A model generated the notes under the pieces. It was given only the letters and a program-made list of their open reading frames with translations. It was not told the origin of the DNA and made no database searches. From Patescibacteria group bacterium (GTDB lineage Bacteria; Patescibacteriota; Gracilibacteria; UBA4473), in NCBI GenBank assembly GCA_965660445.1, contig CBFIAK010000001.1, forward strand, positions 224,001-288,000: DNA of 64,000 bases, in the 5' to 3' direction. Below, piece by piece: positions 1-11,220 of the stretch. Made by a program: the position numbers and the translations under genes. Every line of letters starts with the position of its first letter. The stretch's first letter is position 1.

Positions 1-432
1 AGGGTATCCGTTTTCTCCGTATGCGAGAGAATACGGAATTAAGAGTTGTCTGACCTCTCCTGTTTTCATACCAACAAGTCCTTGGTCCCATCCAGTAATA
101 ACTTGCTTTGCTCCGAGTATCAAAGAAAATGGTTGGTTTCTGTCTCGGCTTGAATCAAACTTTGTTCCGTCTAAAAACGTACCTGTGTAATGAACAACCA
201 CTCGATCGCCTACCTTTGCTTCTGCGCCAGACCCTTCTGTAAGGGTTGTGATTTCGAGTTGTGTTACCGAGTCAGCCGTTCTAGGTGTTGGTGTATTCAT
301 AGTATCAGATGATGAAGAAAGAGAGTTATCAGTGGAAGTGTTTTCAGGGGTATTTGGGTTTTCCGTATTCTGCGTTGTGCCACATCCTATAAGCACAAAA
401 GCAACCATACCCACAAAGAAAGAATATTTCAT
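1..432 (-). CDS. FKBP-type peptidyl-prolyl cis-trans isomerase, lipoprotein (3' end outside window)
   Basis: Not in ORF track. Manual translation: MKYSFFVGMVAFVLIGC (lipobox) ... VVHYTGTFLDGTKFDSSRDRNQPF...VITGWDQGLVGMKTGEVRQLLIPYSLAYG. Confidence 0.93.
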   Translation of the reverse strand, partial: MKYSFFVGMVAFVLIGCGTTQNTENPNTPENTSTDNSLSSSSDTMNTPTPRTADSVTQLEITTLTEGSGAEAKVGDRVVVHYTGTFLDGTKFDSSRDRNQPFSLILGAKQVITGWDQGLVGMKTGEVRQLLIPYSLAYGENGYP

Positions 433-540
433 GAAAAAGAAATTAAATATTTCTTTTACCCTACTCACACTCCCAAAAAAATCAAGAAACTATTCGTCAA
501 GATATAAAAAATAAGTATAGTAACCCTATATTTTCTTGGT

Positions 541-1806
541 ATGCATTTTTCTGAATTTCAGGCTGCACAGCGAGTTCTCATCTATGGATTTGGAATCGAA
601 GGTCAATCAAGTTTTCAGTTTCTGACCCAACAGTTTCCACAGAAAATAGTCCATATGTATGACAAAAACCCGCAATATATTGATCATCCTCAGTTTCAGT
701 CGTTGCCCCTTGATGACTACGATATTATCGTTGTGAGCCCCGGAGTCGATCGGTATTCTTTTTCAAAGTCTCAACAAAAAAAACTAACCGGACAATGTGA
801 TATATTCTTTGCGAATATTACAGAACCACAACGTCAAAAAATTATCGGTATCACCGGTACAAAAGGAAAATCAACAACCACAAAGTTCTGCTTAGATCTC
901 CTCACTCGATGGGGCAAATCAGTTGTTGCATCAGGAAACTACGGAAACCCCCTTCTTGATATCTATCGTGATTTTCAAAACAATCAATATGACTATGTGG
1001 TGTGCGAACTCTCGAGTTATCAGTTGCAACATCTTCAATCATCACCCCATATAGCCTTATTTCTCAATATCTATCCCGAACACCTTGAACGTCATCACGG
1101 ATACGAAGGATACAAAGAAGCCAAGTCACGGTTGTGGCAGTTTCAGTCCGAAACAGATATCGTGTTTGTTCAAGAAAAGTTTTGTGATTTCGTCCAAAAT
1201 ACACCCCAAACATGCATCTGTGCATCAGCCGTTGATGCCTCGTTTTTTCCAGAAAAATCTATATTTCGAGCAAACCATTTCCTCGAAAACTTCGGACTCG
1301 TGTGGGAACTTGCTCAATACCTCGGTATTGAAAAAGAAGTATTTACCCAAACCGCACAAACCTTTGTTGGACTCGAACACCGACTCGAGTTTGTCGCCGA
1401 AAAAAATGGAGTCCAATTCTTTAATGATTCAATCTCAACCAATATCTACAGCGCTGCTCGCGCTCTTGAGTATTTTGCTCATACACTCGGGTTTCTCATT
1501 ATCGGAGGACAAAACAAAGACGGCGAATACGAACTCCTCTACCAAGCACTCCAAAAGTATTGTCCCAACGCATGGGTGGGAGTGCTTCAATCAGACGTGA
1601 GCCATTCAATACAAAGTGTTTTTGAACATCATCAGTTTACCCAGTTTTCTCTTGTCTCGTCTCTCGATGAAGCCGTACGTTTGAGCGTCACGAAAACACC
1701 ATTCGGAAAAGTGTGTTTATTGTCGCCATCAGCAAAAAGTTTTGATGGGTTTCGTGATTATAAACACCGTGGAGAAGTGTTTAAACAATCAGTTTATGCC
1801 CTATAA
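541..1806 (+). CDS. murD: UDP-N-acetylmuramoyl-L-alanine--D-glutamate ligase
   Basis: VVSPG, GITGTKGKSTT, ELSSYQL, EHLERH, GLEHRLE, FFNDSIST, LLSP..SFD.F..Y..RG motifs. Confidence 0.95.
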   Translation: MHFSEFQAAQRVLIYGFGIEGQSSFQFLTQQFPQKIVHMYDKNPQYIDHPQFQSLPLDDYDIIVVSPGVDRYSFSKSQQKKLTGQCDIFFANITEPQRQKIIGITGTKGKSTTTKFCLDLLTRWGKSVVASGNYGNPLLDIYRDFQNNQYDYVVCELSSYQLQHLQSSPHIALFLNIYPEHLERHHGYEGYKEAKSRLWQFQSETDIVFVQEKFCDFVQNTPQTCICASAVDASFFPEKSIFRANHFLENFGLVWELAQYLGIEKEVFTQTAQTFVGLEHRLEFVAEKNGVQFFNDSISTNIYSAARALEYFAHTLGFLIIGGQNKDGEYELLYQALQKYCPNAWVGVLQSDVSHSIQSVFEHHQFTQFSLVSSLDEAVRLSVTKTPFGKVCLLSPSAKSFDGFRDYKHRGEVFKQSVYAL

Positions 1807-2865
1807 CGCTTTACTCGAAATTCCTCGATCAGCGAAATATTTTTTGTAATCAGACAGGGTTTTTATGAGTTTTCCTAAAATATCAAACCGAGATTCATAC
1901 AACGGATGATCAGGTGTGATGTGCTGGAAATAAGACCGAAACACAGGAAAAACACAGTAATATTTTCGCATTTGGTGGTGTTTTTTTTCTATTTGATGCG
2001 GTGTCGATTCTGGAAACCGATCAATTATATCAATTGCGTTTACCTCAAAATCAGCATATTTCACCGCTACCGCTTTTGGGTTTTCACATACCAACGCAAT
2101 ATAGTTTTTATACAACTCGTTTTTTATTTTTCGTTTTCCTGATTGTCGCCCGAGTTGTAACTGTGACTCAATTAGCGCATCAAAATCGGGTTTAGAAACC
2201 GTCGAAATTATATCAGTGACCTCTTTTGCTTCAATGTATTCTTCACTATTTGCGTCTGCGTTTGAACCCCTTATAAGAAACTGAATATTATTGAGTGCTT
2301 TGTGTTCAATGTCTTGCGTGTGATGCATTTTGTGTAAATGTTGTTTCTTGGCTAAATACAACGGATTGTCTTCAATGGTGTCATGTAGCAACCCCGCAAT
2401 AACAAGCGTTTTATTGGGAGTGCGTACGTGTTTTGTTAAAATATTATACGCAACTTCTAATACATGCCCAATAACGGGTTGCCCTTCAAGTCGGTTTTTT
2501 TGATCAATGTGTACTTCAAGAGCTAAAAGAAGCATATTGAAAATTTGTCGTTGATCTTGTTCGCTCTCAAACTTTTCACAGACCTGTGTCATGAAATTAT
2601 CAAGTAATTCATGAATAGACCGAATTTTCTCAACCCGAGATTTTAAAACTTCTAATGATACCGGCTGATTTAGAATCGGTGAAGACGCTAATATATACTC
2701 AGTATCAATATTTTTTTTCGGGTTATGAAACTGTAAAATTTCAAGAATCCGTTTTCGAAAAGTTTTTACCGTTTGATACGGAATCATCTCACCACGATTT
2801 GTCCTCGTTGAGAAATGAACGAGTTCTTGTAGTTCTTGTAGAGGCGTGTGTGTGTATGATTCCAT
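1801..2865 (-). CDS. HD-domain protein, RelA/SpoT hydrolase (Mesh1/SAH)-like
   Basis: H..Q.R..GQP.IGHVLEVA, AGLLHDTIED, VKYAD..VN. Confidence 0.7.
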   Translation of the reverse strand: MESYTHTPLQELQELVHFSTRTNRGEMIPYQTVKTFRKRILEILQFHNPKKNIDTEYILASSPILNQPVSLEVLKSRVEKIRSIHELLDNFMTQVCEKFESEQDQRQIFNMLLLALEVHIDQKNRLEGQPVIGHVLEVAYNILTKHVRTPNKTLVIAGLLHDTIEDNPLYLAKKQHLHKMHHTQDIEHKALNNIQFLIRGSNADANSEEYIEAKEVTDIISTVSKPDFDALIESQLQLGRQSGKRKIKNELYKNYIALVCENPKAVAVKYADFEVNAIDIIDRFPESTPHQIEKKHHQMRKYYCVFPVFRSYFQHITPDHPLYESRFDILGKLIKTLSDYKKYFADRGISSKAL

Positions 2866-2935
2866 AAGAAAATCCCTCCATTATACCACAAAAGAAGGAT
2901 TTATTCAAGAAAGACACCCCAAACTTCACCGTATC

Positions 2936-2966
2936 AAAAAAACCTCGCTTTTGGCGAGGTTTTTTT
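2936..2966. terminator. Intrinsic terminator after tuf (symmetrical A/T tracts)
   Basis: A7-CCTCGC-TTTTG-GCGAGG-T7. Confidence 0.85.
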
Positions 2967-2992
2967 GTGTATCAAACGAAGTATTCGTTTTT

Positions 2993-4186
2993 TTATTTTA
3001 AGATTTTTGTAACTACTCCTGCTCCTACAGTTCGTCCTCCTTCTCGGATCGCGAAACGAGTTCCTTCATCAAGAGCAATTTCTTTTCCAAGAACAACTTT
3101 GAATTTTGCGTTGTCTCCTGGCATTACCATCTCAACTCCGTCTGGAAGAATAATTTCTCCTGTTACGTCTGTTGTTCGGATAAAGAACTGAGGTTTGTAT
3201 CCTTTAAAGAATGGTGTGTGTCGACCTCCTTCTTCTTTTTTCAAAATCAAAACTTCTGCTTCAATTTCACTGTGTGGAGTAATCGTTCCTGTTTTTGCCA
3301 AAACTTGTCCTCGTTCAATGTCGTCACGTTCAACTCCTCGAAGCAAAAGCCCCACATTGTCTCCCGCTCGACCTTCATCAAGCAATTTTTTGAACATTTC
3401 AACTCCCGTAACAATTGTTTTTCCAGTTGGTCGAAGCCCTACAATTGATACTTCTTCTCCAACTTTTACAATCCCTTGTTCAATACGTCCTGTTGCTACA
3501 GTTCCTCGTCCTTTAATAGAAAATACGTCTTCAACAGCCATTAAGAATGGTTTGTCTGTGTCTCGTTCTGGTTCAGGAATTTCAGAATCTAGCGCTGCCA
3601 TGAGTTCCATGATTTTGTCCCCCCATGGTCCTGCTGGGTCTTCAAGAGCTTTTAACGCTGAACCTCGAATGATTTTTGCGTTGTCTCCATCAAAATCTCG
3701 TTTAGAAAGTTCTTCACGAACTTCCATTTCTACCAAATCAATCATTTCTTCGTCATCAACCATGTCGCATTTATTCAAAAATACAACAATGTTTTGAACC
3801 CCTACTTGTTTTGCCAAAAGAATGTGTTCTTTTGTTTGTGGCATTGGTCCATCAGTGGCAGCAACTACCAATACAGCTCCATCCATTTGTGCGGCTCCTG
3901 TAATCATGTTTTTAACGTAGTCAGCATGCCCTGGACAGTCTACGTGTGCGTAGTGTCGGTTTTCTGTTTCGTATTCTTGGTGAGAAGTAGCAATGGTAAT
4001 ACCACGAGCTTTTTCTTCAGGTGCATTGTCGATTTTATCGAATGCAATTTCTTTGTTCACGTTTGAGGGAAGTCTGTTTGCTAATGTGTAAGTAATCGCA
4101 GCAGTCAAAGTAGTTTTCCCGTGGTCAACGTGTCCAATGGTACCCACATTTACATGCGGTTTTGAACGGTCGAATTTATCTGCCAT
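2993..4186 (-). CDS. tuf: Elongation factor Tu
   Basis: [46 protein letters not shown]. Confidence 0.99.
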   Translation of the reverse strand: MADKFDRSKPHVNVGTIGHVDHGKTTLTAAITYTLANRLPSNVNKEIAFDKIDNAPEEKARGITIATSHQEYETENRHYAHVDCPGHADYVKNMITGAAQMDGAVLVVAATDGPMPQTKEHILLAKQVGVQNIVVFLNKCDMVDDEEMIDLVEMEVREELSKRDFDGDNAKIIRGSALKALEDPAGPWGDKIMELMAALDSEIPEPERDTDKPFLMAVEDVFSIKGRGTVATGRIEQGIVKVGEEVSIVGLRPTGKTIVTGVEMFKKLLDEGRAGDNVGLLLRGVERDDIERGQVLAKTGTITPHSEIEAEVLILKKEEGGRHTPFFKGYKPQFFIRTTDVTGEIILPDGVEMVMPGDNAKFKVVLGKEIALDEGTRFAIREGGRTVGAGVVTKILK

Positions 4187-4216
4187 TTGTATAGAGAATT
4201 AAAAAAGTACCCCCAC

Positions 4217-4244
4217 AATGTATTTTTTATTTTGGTTTTGTCAA
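4217..4244 (-). promoter_or_regulatory. Sigma70-type promoter of tuf
   Basis: TTGACA-N16-TACATT on minus strand. Confidence 0.6.
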
Positions 4245-4421
4245 ACTTTTTTCCCATTGCATAAGCCCTGAAACCATGAAAAATGTATTGACACTTGGGG
4301 TTATATATACTAAACAGAATCTGTTTAAGGGATGACGCGTATTTATGTGTCTCAAACAAATACTTCGTTCTTTTATATTTCGACAAAACATATTTATTTT
4401 CATAATAAAAAGGAGGGCGCT

Positions 4422-4922
4422 ATGCGTTCATATTTTCTCTTATTGCTCTTGTTCTTGAGCAGTATAACAATCGCGTCTTCGTATGAAGACAAAACAGAAC
4501 ATGCACTCCGGTGCACAAAAGAACTCGCGCAAGTAAAAGAGTACTTTATTGATCTTGGATACCCATTTAAAGACGAATATAAATCAGGCGATGCTCGTGT
4601 CATTGAGTTTGTCCGAGATGGAATAACTATTTATATCGGCTGGGAATCAGGGTATGTGCTTCGATCAGATGTGCATGTCTATAAAATATTTATAAAAAAA
4701 CCAGACGCCAAAAGAAATCTTATCATTCTGTACGATTGGTGGAAAAACGTATATGATTTCTATTATGCAACCGAATACGGAAGTGAGTTGTCAGAAGATC
4801 CTGAAAAATCAGGTGTGTATGCTTCATCGGTTCACCTTTTTCTTGAGCCGCTTGGTTTTAAGGAGTACGAACGACGTGTGGAACTGATCTTTAGTGATTT
4901 TAAAAAATCACTTAATAAATAA
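4422..4922 (+). CDS. Secreted hypothetical protein (paralog of next gene)
   Basis: AGGAGG SD before ATG 4422; signal peptide MRSYFLLLLLFLSSITIAS. Confidence 0.8.
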   Translation: MRSYFLLLLLFLSSITIASSYEDKTEHALRCTKELAQVKEYFIDLGYPFKDEYKSGDARVIEFVRDGITIYIGWESGYVLRSDVHVYKIFIKKPDAKRNLIILYDWWKNVYDFYYATEYGSELSEDPEKSGVYASSVHLFLEPLGFKEYERRVELIFSDFKKSLNK

Positions 4923-4948
4923 TTTTTTTTTACAAACGGAGGAATTCT

Positions 4949-5467
4949 ATGCGACTACTCAATGCACTGGTTATGGTGTTGTTTTTCTTATTCTTTTTTT
5001 CAGCTTCTGCTCAATGGTATTCATATGAGACAGAAGGTGATTTTGTCCTCAAAAACGAGGAAAAATTAAAAGAATTAAAAAACAAACTCACCAAAAACGG
5101 ATACGTTATCCTATCAGATTACCAAAAAGGTGACATACGAGGGTTTCAGTTTTCTGTCAATGAAGACGCCCCATTTATTGCCATTGTCGCCTACGAAAAA
5201 GGAACCATATGGCGGTGGGATGTGCGATTATATACCATAATCGCCAAACCCAAAGAAGCACAAAAACCCGTCGAAATTGTTTGGGGTAAGGACGATCTGT
5301 ATGATCTGTATTACCTTAACAACAATACCCAAAGTCGAGTCAGCAATGACCCAGCGAAAACAGGTATTATTTTTACGTCTATTCCAGAACAACTGGAAAA
5401 ACACGGTATGAAATCAGTTTCTGTCCATATAAAAACAGTGATAGAAACGTATTTCAAAAAACCATAA
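4949..5467 (+). CDS. Secreted hypothetical protein (paralog of previous gene)
   Basis: GGAGGA SD; signal peptide ending ASA; motifs shared with 4422-4922. Confidence 0.8.
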   Translation: MRLLNALVMVLFFLFFFSASAQWYSYETEGDFVLKNEEKLKELKNKLTKNGYVILSDYQKGDIRGFQFSVNEDAPFIAIVAYEKGTIWRWDVRLYTIIAKPKEAQKPVEIVWGKDDLYDLYYLNNNTQSRVSNDPAKTGIIFTSIPEQLEKHGMKSVSVHIKTVIETYFKKP

Positions 5468-5474
5468 ACACTCT

Positions 5475-5505
5475 ACACCACTTTTCTAGAAGTGGTGTTT
5501 TTTTT
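5475..5505 (+). terminator. Intrinsic terminator
   Basis: ACACCACTT-ttctag-AAGTGGTGT followed by T-tract. Confidence 0.8.
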
Positions 5506-5518
5506 ATGTCTCGTTCCC

Positions 5519-5992
5519 TTATAATCGAAAGATTTGATCGTCTTCTTGAAGATCAAAAAGCGGCGCATTAATGAGCGTTTCTACTTCTTCTTCCTCAAGA
5601 TCACCAAAGTTCCAGCAATCAAGTATTTGTACGGTCACTGCTTCGTGAAACTGTTTTCGAAGTGATGACTTGAGTGTTTCAGTCTGCGAGTTCTGTGCGT
5701 ACACAATACCATACTTTTCTGGAAAATGATGCCGTTCAATAAGTGTCTCTTTCGCTTTGTTTAACACAAACGGGTTGTCGAGTACATGCTCTGCATCCAA
5801 ATCAATAACGTTCCCACAAATCTCAAGAAGAAGAGTGTGTTCGAGCATCACAGGGCGTCCGAGTATCTCGGAAGCTTTTCGTGAAAAAGACGCTTCATCA
5901 GGTGAAGAATGAAGCAATTTTTTTTCGAATATTAAACAATGAGGCCGCGGGATGAATGATTCGAGTGTTGAGTACAATGCCTTTGTAGTCAT
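5519..5992 (-). CDS. Hypothetical protein
   Basis: 157-aa ORF filling the gap, ATG start, no recognised motif. Confidence 0.6.
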   Translation of the reverse strand: MTTKALYSTLESFIPRPHCLIFEKKLLHSSPDEASFSRKASEILGRPVMLEHTLLLEICGNVIDLDAEHVLDNPFVLNKAKETLIERHHFPEKYGIVYAQNSQTETLKSSLRKQFHEAVTVQILDCWNFGDLEEEEVETLINAPLFDLQEDDQIFRL

Positions 5993-6109
5993 ACGAATTA
6001 TAAAAAGACACCGGCATAATAATCATTGTTCAAAAAAATCAAAGAAAAAAATGACATTTCTTAAAAATATGGCACAATTTAAAAAACATTTCTTTTTTTA
6101 TTTTTTGTT

Positions 6110-7237
6110 ATGGATCTTCTTATTGGGTTTGCAGTATTGTCTATTGTGCTTCTTGGGGGCTTCTTTTTTATCAGTTCAAAAATTGAGAAAATGAAGTCTT
6201 CAGCCGATACCGAAAAAATAGAAAAAACATTGTTTCAACTTGAAAGTCTGCATAAATTGCTCGGCGAAAATCGACGTGAAACCTCAGAAAATATGTCGAA
6301 AAACTCAGAAAAAATACAAGCTCGTCTCGACCAAACAATTGATTTTTTAATGAAACAGTTATCAGATGTGAATAAATCAGTCGACGGAAAACTCACCGAA
6401 AACACGAAAATACTCGGAGACCGGCTCGATAACGCCGCAAAAGTGATCTCTTCAGTGCGAGGAGAGCTCGGGAAAATGCAAGAATTGAGTCCTCATATCA
6501 AAGGACTCTCAAATATCTTCAATTCGCCAAAACTGCGAGGCGGTATGGGGGAAAAAATACTTGAAACAGTCTTGTCTGAACGACTTCCAAAAAATATGTG
6601 GCAGTTGCAGCATACATTTAAAGGCGGAGAAACTGTTGATGCGGCTATTTTTACGCAATCGGGTATTATTCCTATTGACGCAAAGTTTCCGCTCGATAAT
6701 TTTCGTAAACTGATTGAGTCTGACTCAGAAGAAGAAAAAGTACGTGTAAAAAAAGAGTTTGAAAAAGATGTGAAAAAACAAATAACCGATATTGCCAAAA
6801 AATATATCCGTCCCGATGAACGCACAACCCCCTTTGCAATTATGTATCTCCCCGCAGAAGACCTCTATTATGAAGCCGCTATCCGTTCAGAATCCCTCAC
6901 TGATTTTGCTGCTGAAAAAAATGTAACGATGGTGTCTCCTAATATCTTTTATCATTTCTTAGGTATCGTGCTTCTTTCTTTGCAAAGCCAAAAAATGAAC
7001 GAACAAGCCGGAAAAGTGTTGCAACTTATTAAAGGAGTGCAAGTGGAATCAGAAAAGTTTGAAGAAACACTTTCTCTGCTTTCTGGTCATATAAACCGAT
7101 CCGCTAAAGCAATGGAAAAAGCCGAAGGAGGATATAAAAAACTGACCACAAAAATAGAAACCATTGCTCATGTAGGAGAAATGTTACCAGAGAGTAGCAC
7201 CCAAACATCGTTATTGGAAAATCACGATGAGGAATAA
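6110..7237 (+). CDS. rmuC: DNA recombination protein RmuC
   Basis: N-terminal TM + coiled coil, KLRGGMGE..LE, IPIDAKFP, KYI.P, FAIMYLPAE. Confidence 0.9.
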   Translation: MDLLIGFAVLSIVLLGGFFFISSKIEKMKSSADTEKIEKTLFQLESLHKLLGENRRETSENMSKNSEKIQARLDQTIDFLMKQLSDVNKSVDGKLTENTKILGDRLDNAAKVISSVRGELGKMQELSPHIKGLSNIFNSPKLRGGMGEKILETVLSERLPKNMWQLQHTFKGGETVDAAIFTQSGIIPIDAKFPLDNFRKLIESDSEEEKVRVKKEFEKDVKKQITDIAKKYIRPDERTTPFAIMYLPAEDLYYEAAIRSESLTDFAAEKNVTMVSPNIFYHFLGIVLLSLQSQKMNEQAGKVLQLIKGVQVESEKFEETLSLLSGHINRSAKAMEKAEGGYKKLTTKIETIAHVGEMLPESSTQTSLLENHDEE

Positions 7238-7881
7238 GGATGTGATTTGATGCCCTCAAGATTTCCGTTTTTGAGCATTTGCATCTCTGTTTCAGAATCT
7301 TTTTTTGAAAGAATATCACAAGCGTCTGCTCCGTCATATTTTGCTCGTCCCATGCCATGCATTAAAGCATCGTCTCGTAAAATCGGGTTTTTGAGCATGT
7401 GAAAAACGACCTGACAAATCCGTTCTCCTACATATAACCGAATAACCTGTGATGTTGTTCGGTTTAAAATAGGAATCATTAAGCTTCCTGAATAATGAGC
7501 GTCTATAATACCTGTGAGATCAACAGTGAGTCCGCGTCGATTAATAGAGCTTCGTGGATAGAGTATCCCCATAATGTCGTCAGCAGAAAGAGTAATTGAT
7601 TCCAGTGTTGATGCTAAAATAGATTCCCCTGGAGCCAACTCAAAGTATTGCCCTGGTTGGAGTTCTAGTTTTTCAAAATTGTTCCCTGCAGATTGTGTCA
7701 CGTCAACCGTGAGTATGCGTCGCCCTTCTTTTTCAAGAGTCCATATTTTGGGAATATAAAACACAGTGCCAAGCCGTAAATCAACAGCGTGAGGCTGGTT
7801 TTGAAACTGATCAAGTTGAGGAGAAAACACGATTTCACCTGATTGGATTCTGTTGTGGATATCGTGTCGAGTGAGAATCAT
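7222..7881 (-). CDS. dcd: dCTP deaminase
   Basis: QPHAVDLRLG, RSSINRRG, IDAHYSG, GERICQ. Confidence 0.88.
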   Translation of the reverse strand: MILTRHDIHNRIQSGEIVFSPQLDQFQNQPHAVDLRLGTVFYIPKIWTLEKEGRRILTVDVTQSAGNNFEKLELQPGQYFELAPGESILASTLESITLSADDIMGILYPRSSINRRGLTVDLTGIIDAHYSGSLMIPILNRTTSQVIRLYVGERICQVVFHMLKNPILRDDALMHGMGRAKYDGADACDILSKKDSETEMQMLKNGNLEGIKSHPYSSS

Positions 7882-8378
7882 AAAACCTGATAATGAAGAA
7901 GCACAGAATTAAGCCCGAGTTTTTGTGTGTCTTTAAGTTCTAATTGGAGACCAATTTCGGTATCAAACAAAGACATACCCGTTCCAAAAATAACAGGACT
8001 GATCGTCAGCATGACATCAGTAATGAGTTTTTCTTTGGCGAAAAGTGTGTTTATTTTTGATCCCCCAGCAATTACTACTTCTTGAAACCCTTCGTTTTCA
8101 AGTTGCTGAAGTATTTTTTTAGGTGGCTCGTTGCTAAACTCTAAATCAGGGTTATCAGACACCCGGTCTGTTTTTTTTGTCATCACGATGTTTTTTCTAT
8201 TGGGTAAGGGACGTCCAATAGTATCAAACGTTCGAGACCCCATAATCAAAACGCCTGCGTGAGTAGTGTGTTTTTGAAAAAAAAGTTTGTCTTCTTTTTC
8301 TGTCCAATCTGCAAAATGGTTTTCGTGTTTTGCAATTTTTCCATCAAGCGTAACCGCCATAACAAGAGTAACCTTCAT
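7878..8378 (-). CDS. folA: Dihydrofolate reductase family protein
   Basis: AVTLDGKIA, W...ED...F, LIMGSRTFDTIGRPLPNRKNIV, IAGG. Confidence 0.8.
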   Translation of the reverse strand: MKVTLVMAVTLDGKIAKHENHFADWTEKEDKLFFQKHTTHAGVLIMGSRTFDTIGRPLPNRKNIVMTKKTDRVSDNPDLEFSNEPPKKILQQLENEGFQEVVIAGGSKINTLFAKEKLITDVMLTISPVIFGTGMSLFDTEIGLQLELKDTQKLGLNSVLLHYQVL

Positions 8379-8447
8379 GAGATTCACTTATGAAAATAAG
8401 TTGTCTTTGTCTACTGTATCGTCATTACAAAAAAATTCAAGCGGGTT

Positions 8448-9806
<1,359 letters not shown>

Positions 9807-9863
9807 CTAAAAAAAGACGAGAAAAATCATTGATTCTTTCATTTCATGTATCATAATACGCCC

Positions 9864-11147
9864 ATGAGTTATTTTGAAATCAAAGGGGGAAACCCACTTT
9901 CTGGCGATGTTTTTGTTTCTGGTGCGAAAAATGCCGCTCTTCCTATGCTTTGTGCGGCTCTCCTTACACCTCAAGAATGTGTGTTTGAAAACGTGCCACA
10001 GATATCCGATATTGATACGCTTCTTGATATTTTTAAAGAAATTGGTGTTGAGGTTGATCGAGACAAAAAAGCGAAAGAAATACGTATTCGTGCCAAAAAT
10101 ATTAATATCGATGCACTCGCCGAATCAGAATTAGTGCGTAAGTTTCGTGCGTCTATTTTAATTATGGGGCCCGTGTTGGCTCGTATGGGAGAATGCCGAA
10201 TAAAACAACCCGGAGGATGTATTTTAGGAGCTCGATCAAACCATATCCATACCGATGGATTATTGACTTTCGGAGCAGTCGACAAAAGTAAAGATGATGT
10301 TTTGCATTTTGAGTATACCCGACCAACACTCGAGAAATCACGAGTGTTGCTTTCGGAAGCTTCTGTGACCGGAACCGAAAACCTCGCTCTGTTTTTAGCG
10401 TATCAACCAGAAGAATCAGAAATGTTTTTTTGTGCAACCGAAATGCACGTGCGTGCAACGTGTGAAATGCTTGTTGGTATGGGAGCCTATATCGACGGTA
10501 TCGGAACACATTCTCTGCGTATTCGAGGAAACAAAAACTTAAAAGGTGGACGGTTTCGGATTCCTCCTGATGGACTGCTTGTGGGCACATACGCTATTGC
10601 CGGACTTTTGACCCAAGGAGAACTGAATATCTACAACGTAAACCATACAGAACTGTTTTCGTTTTATGGGGCATTGAAACGAATAGGTGCTCAGTTTGAA
10701 ATGAGTGATAATTGTCTAAAAGTGTTTCGGAGTCCTTCGTTGCAATCAATCCCAAAAGTGCAAACCGCTATATTCCCTGGGTTCCCCACTGATTTACAGT
10801 CTCCATTTGGAGTACTCCTGACTCAGTGTGAAGGAAAATCGATGGTGTTTGAAACATTGTTTGAAAACCGGTTATCGTATCTGTATGAACTTGAAAAAAT
10901 GGGCGCTCAAATCGTGATTATGAACGCTCATCAAGCTCAAATATTTGGAAAAACACAACTCAAAGGAACATCAGTACAAAGCTGGGACTTGCGTGCGGGA
11001 GCGGCAATGGTGCTCGCCGGTCTTATTGCAGAAGGGACTACCAAAGTCACAAATATTAACTATATCGATCGTGGGTACGAATTGTTTCCTGAAACACTTC
11101 AGTCTTTAGGTGCTGATATTACTCGTGTGACCGATAGTGTTTGCTAG
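9864..11147 (+). CDS. murA: UDP-N-acetylglucosamine 1-carboxyvinyltransferase
   Basis: SGAKNAALP, RASI, PGGCILGAR, PGFPTDLQ, FENR, DLRAGAA, IDRGY. Confidence 0.97.
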   Translation: MSYFEIKGGNPLSGDVFVSGAKNAALPMLCAALLTPQECVFENVPQISDIDTLLDIFKEIGVEVDRDKKAKEIRIRAKNINIDALAESELVRKFRASILIMGPVLARMGECRIKQPGGCILGARSNHIHTDGLLTFGAVDKSKDDVLHFEYTRPTLEKSRVLLSEASVTGTENLALFLAYQPEESEMFFCATEMHVRATCEMLVGMGAYIDGIGTHSLRIRGNKNLKGGRFRIPPDGLLVGTYAIAGLLTQGELNIYNVNHTELFSFYGALKRIGAQFEMSDNCLKVFRSPSLQSIPKVQTAIFPGFPTDLQSPFGVLLTQCEGKSMVFETLFENRLSYLYELEKMGAQIVIMNAHQAQIFGKTQLKGTSVQSWDLRAGAAMVLAGLIAEGTTKVTNINYIDRGYELFPETLQSLGADITRVTDSVC

Positions 11148-11163
11148 TGGGTTCTCTATAATT

Positions 11164-11196
11164 AAAAAACACGAGATAAAAACTCGTGTTTTTTTT
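11164..11196. terminator. Bidirectional intrinsic terminator
   Basis: AAAAAACACGAG-ataaaaa-CTCGTGTTTTTT between convergent genes. Confidence 0.85.
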
Positions 11197-11220
11197 ATGT
11201 TCAAAACGAATAAGAATCAA

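Noticed and set aside
248-514. Plus-strand 88-aa ORF and other antisense ORFs (e.g. 3195-3797, 8287-8835, 12437-12904)
   Set aside because: Shadow frames of confidently identified genes on the opposite strand.
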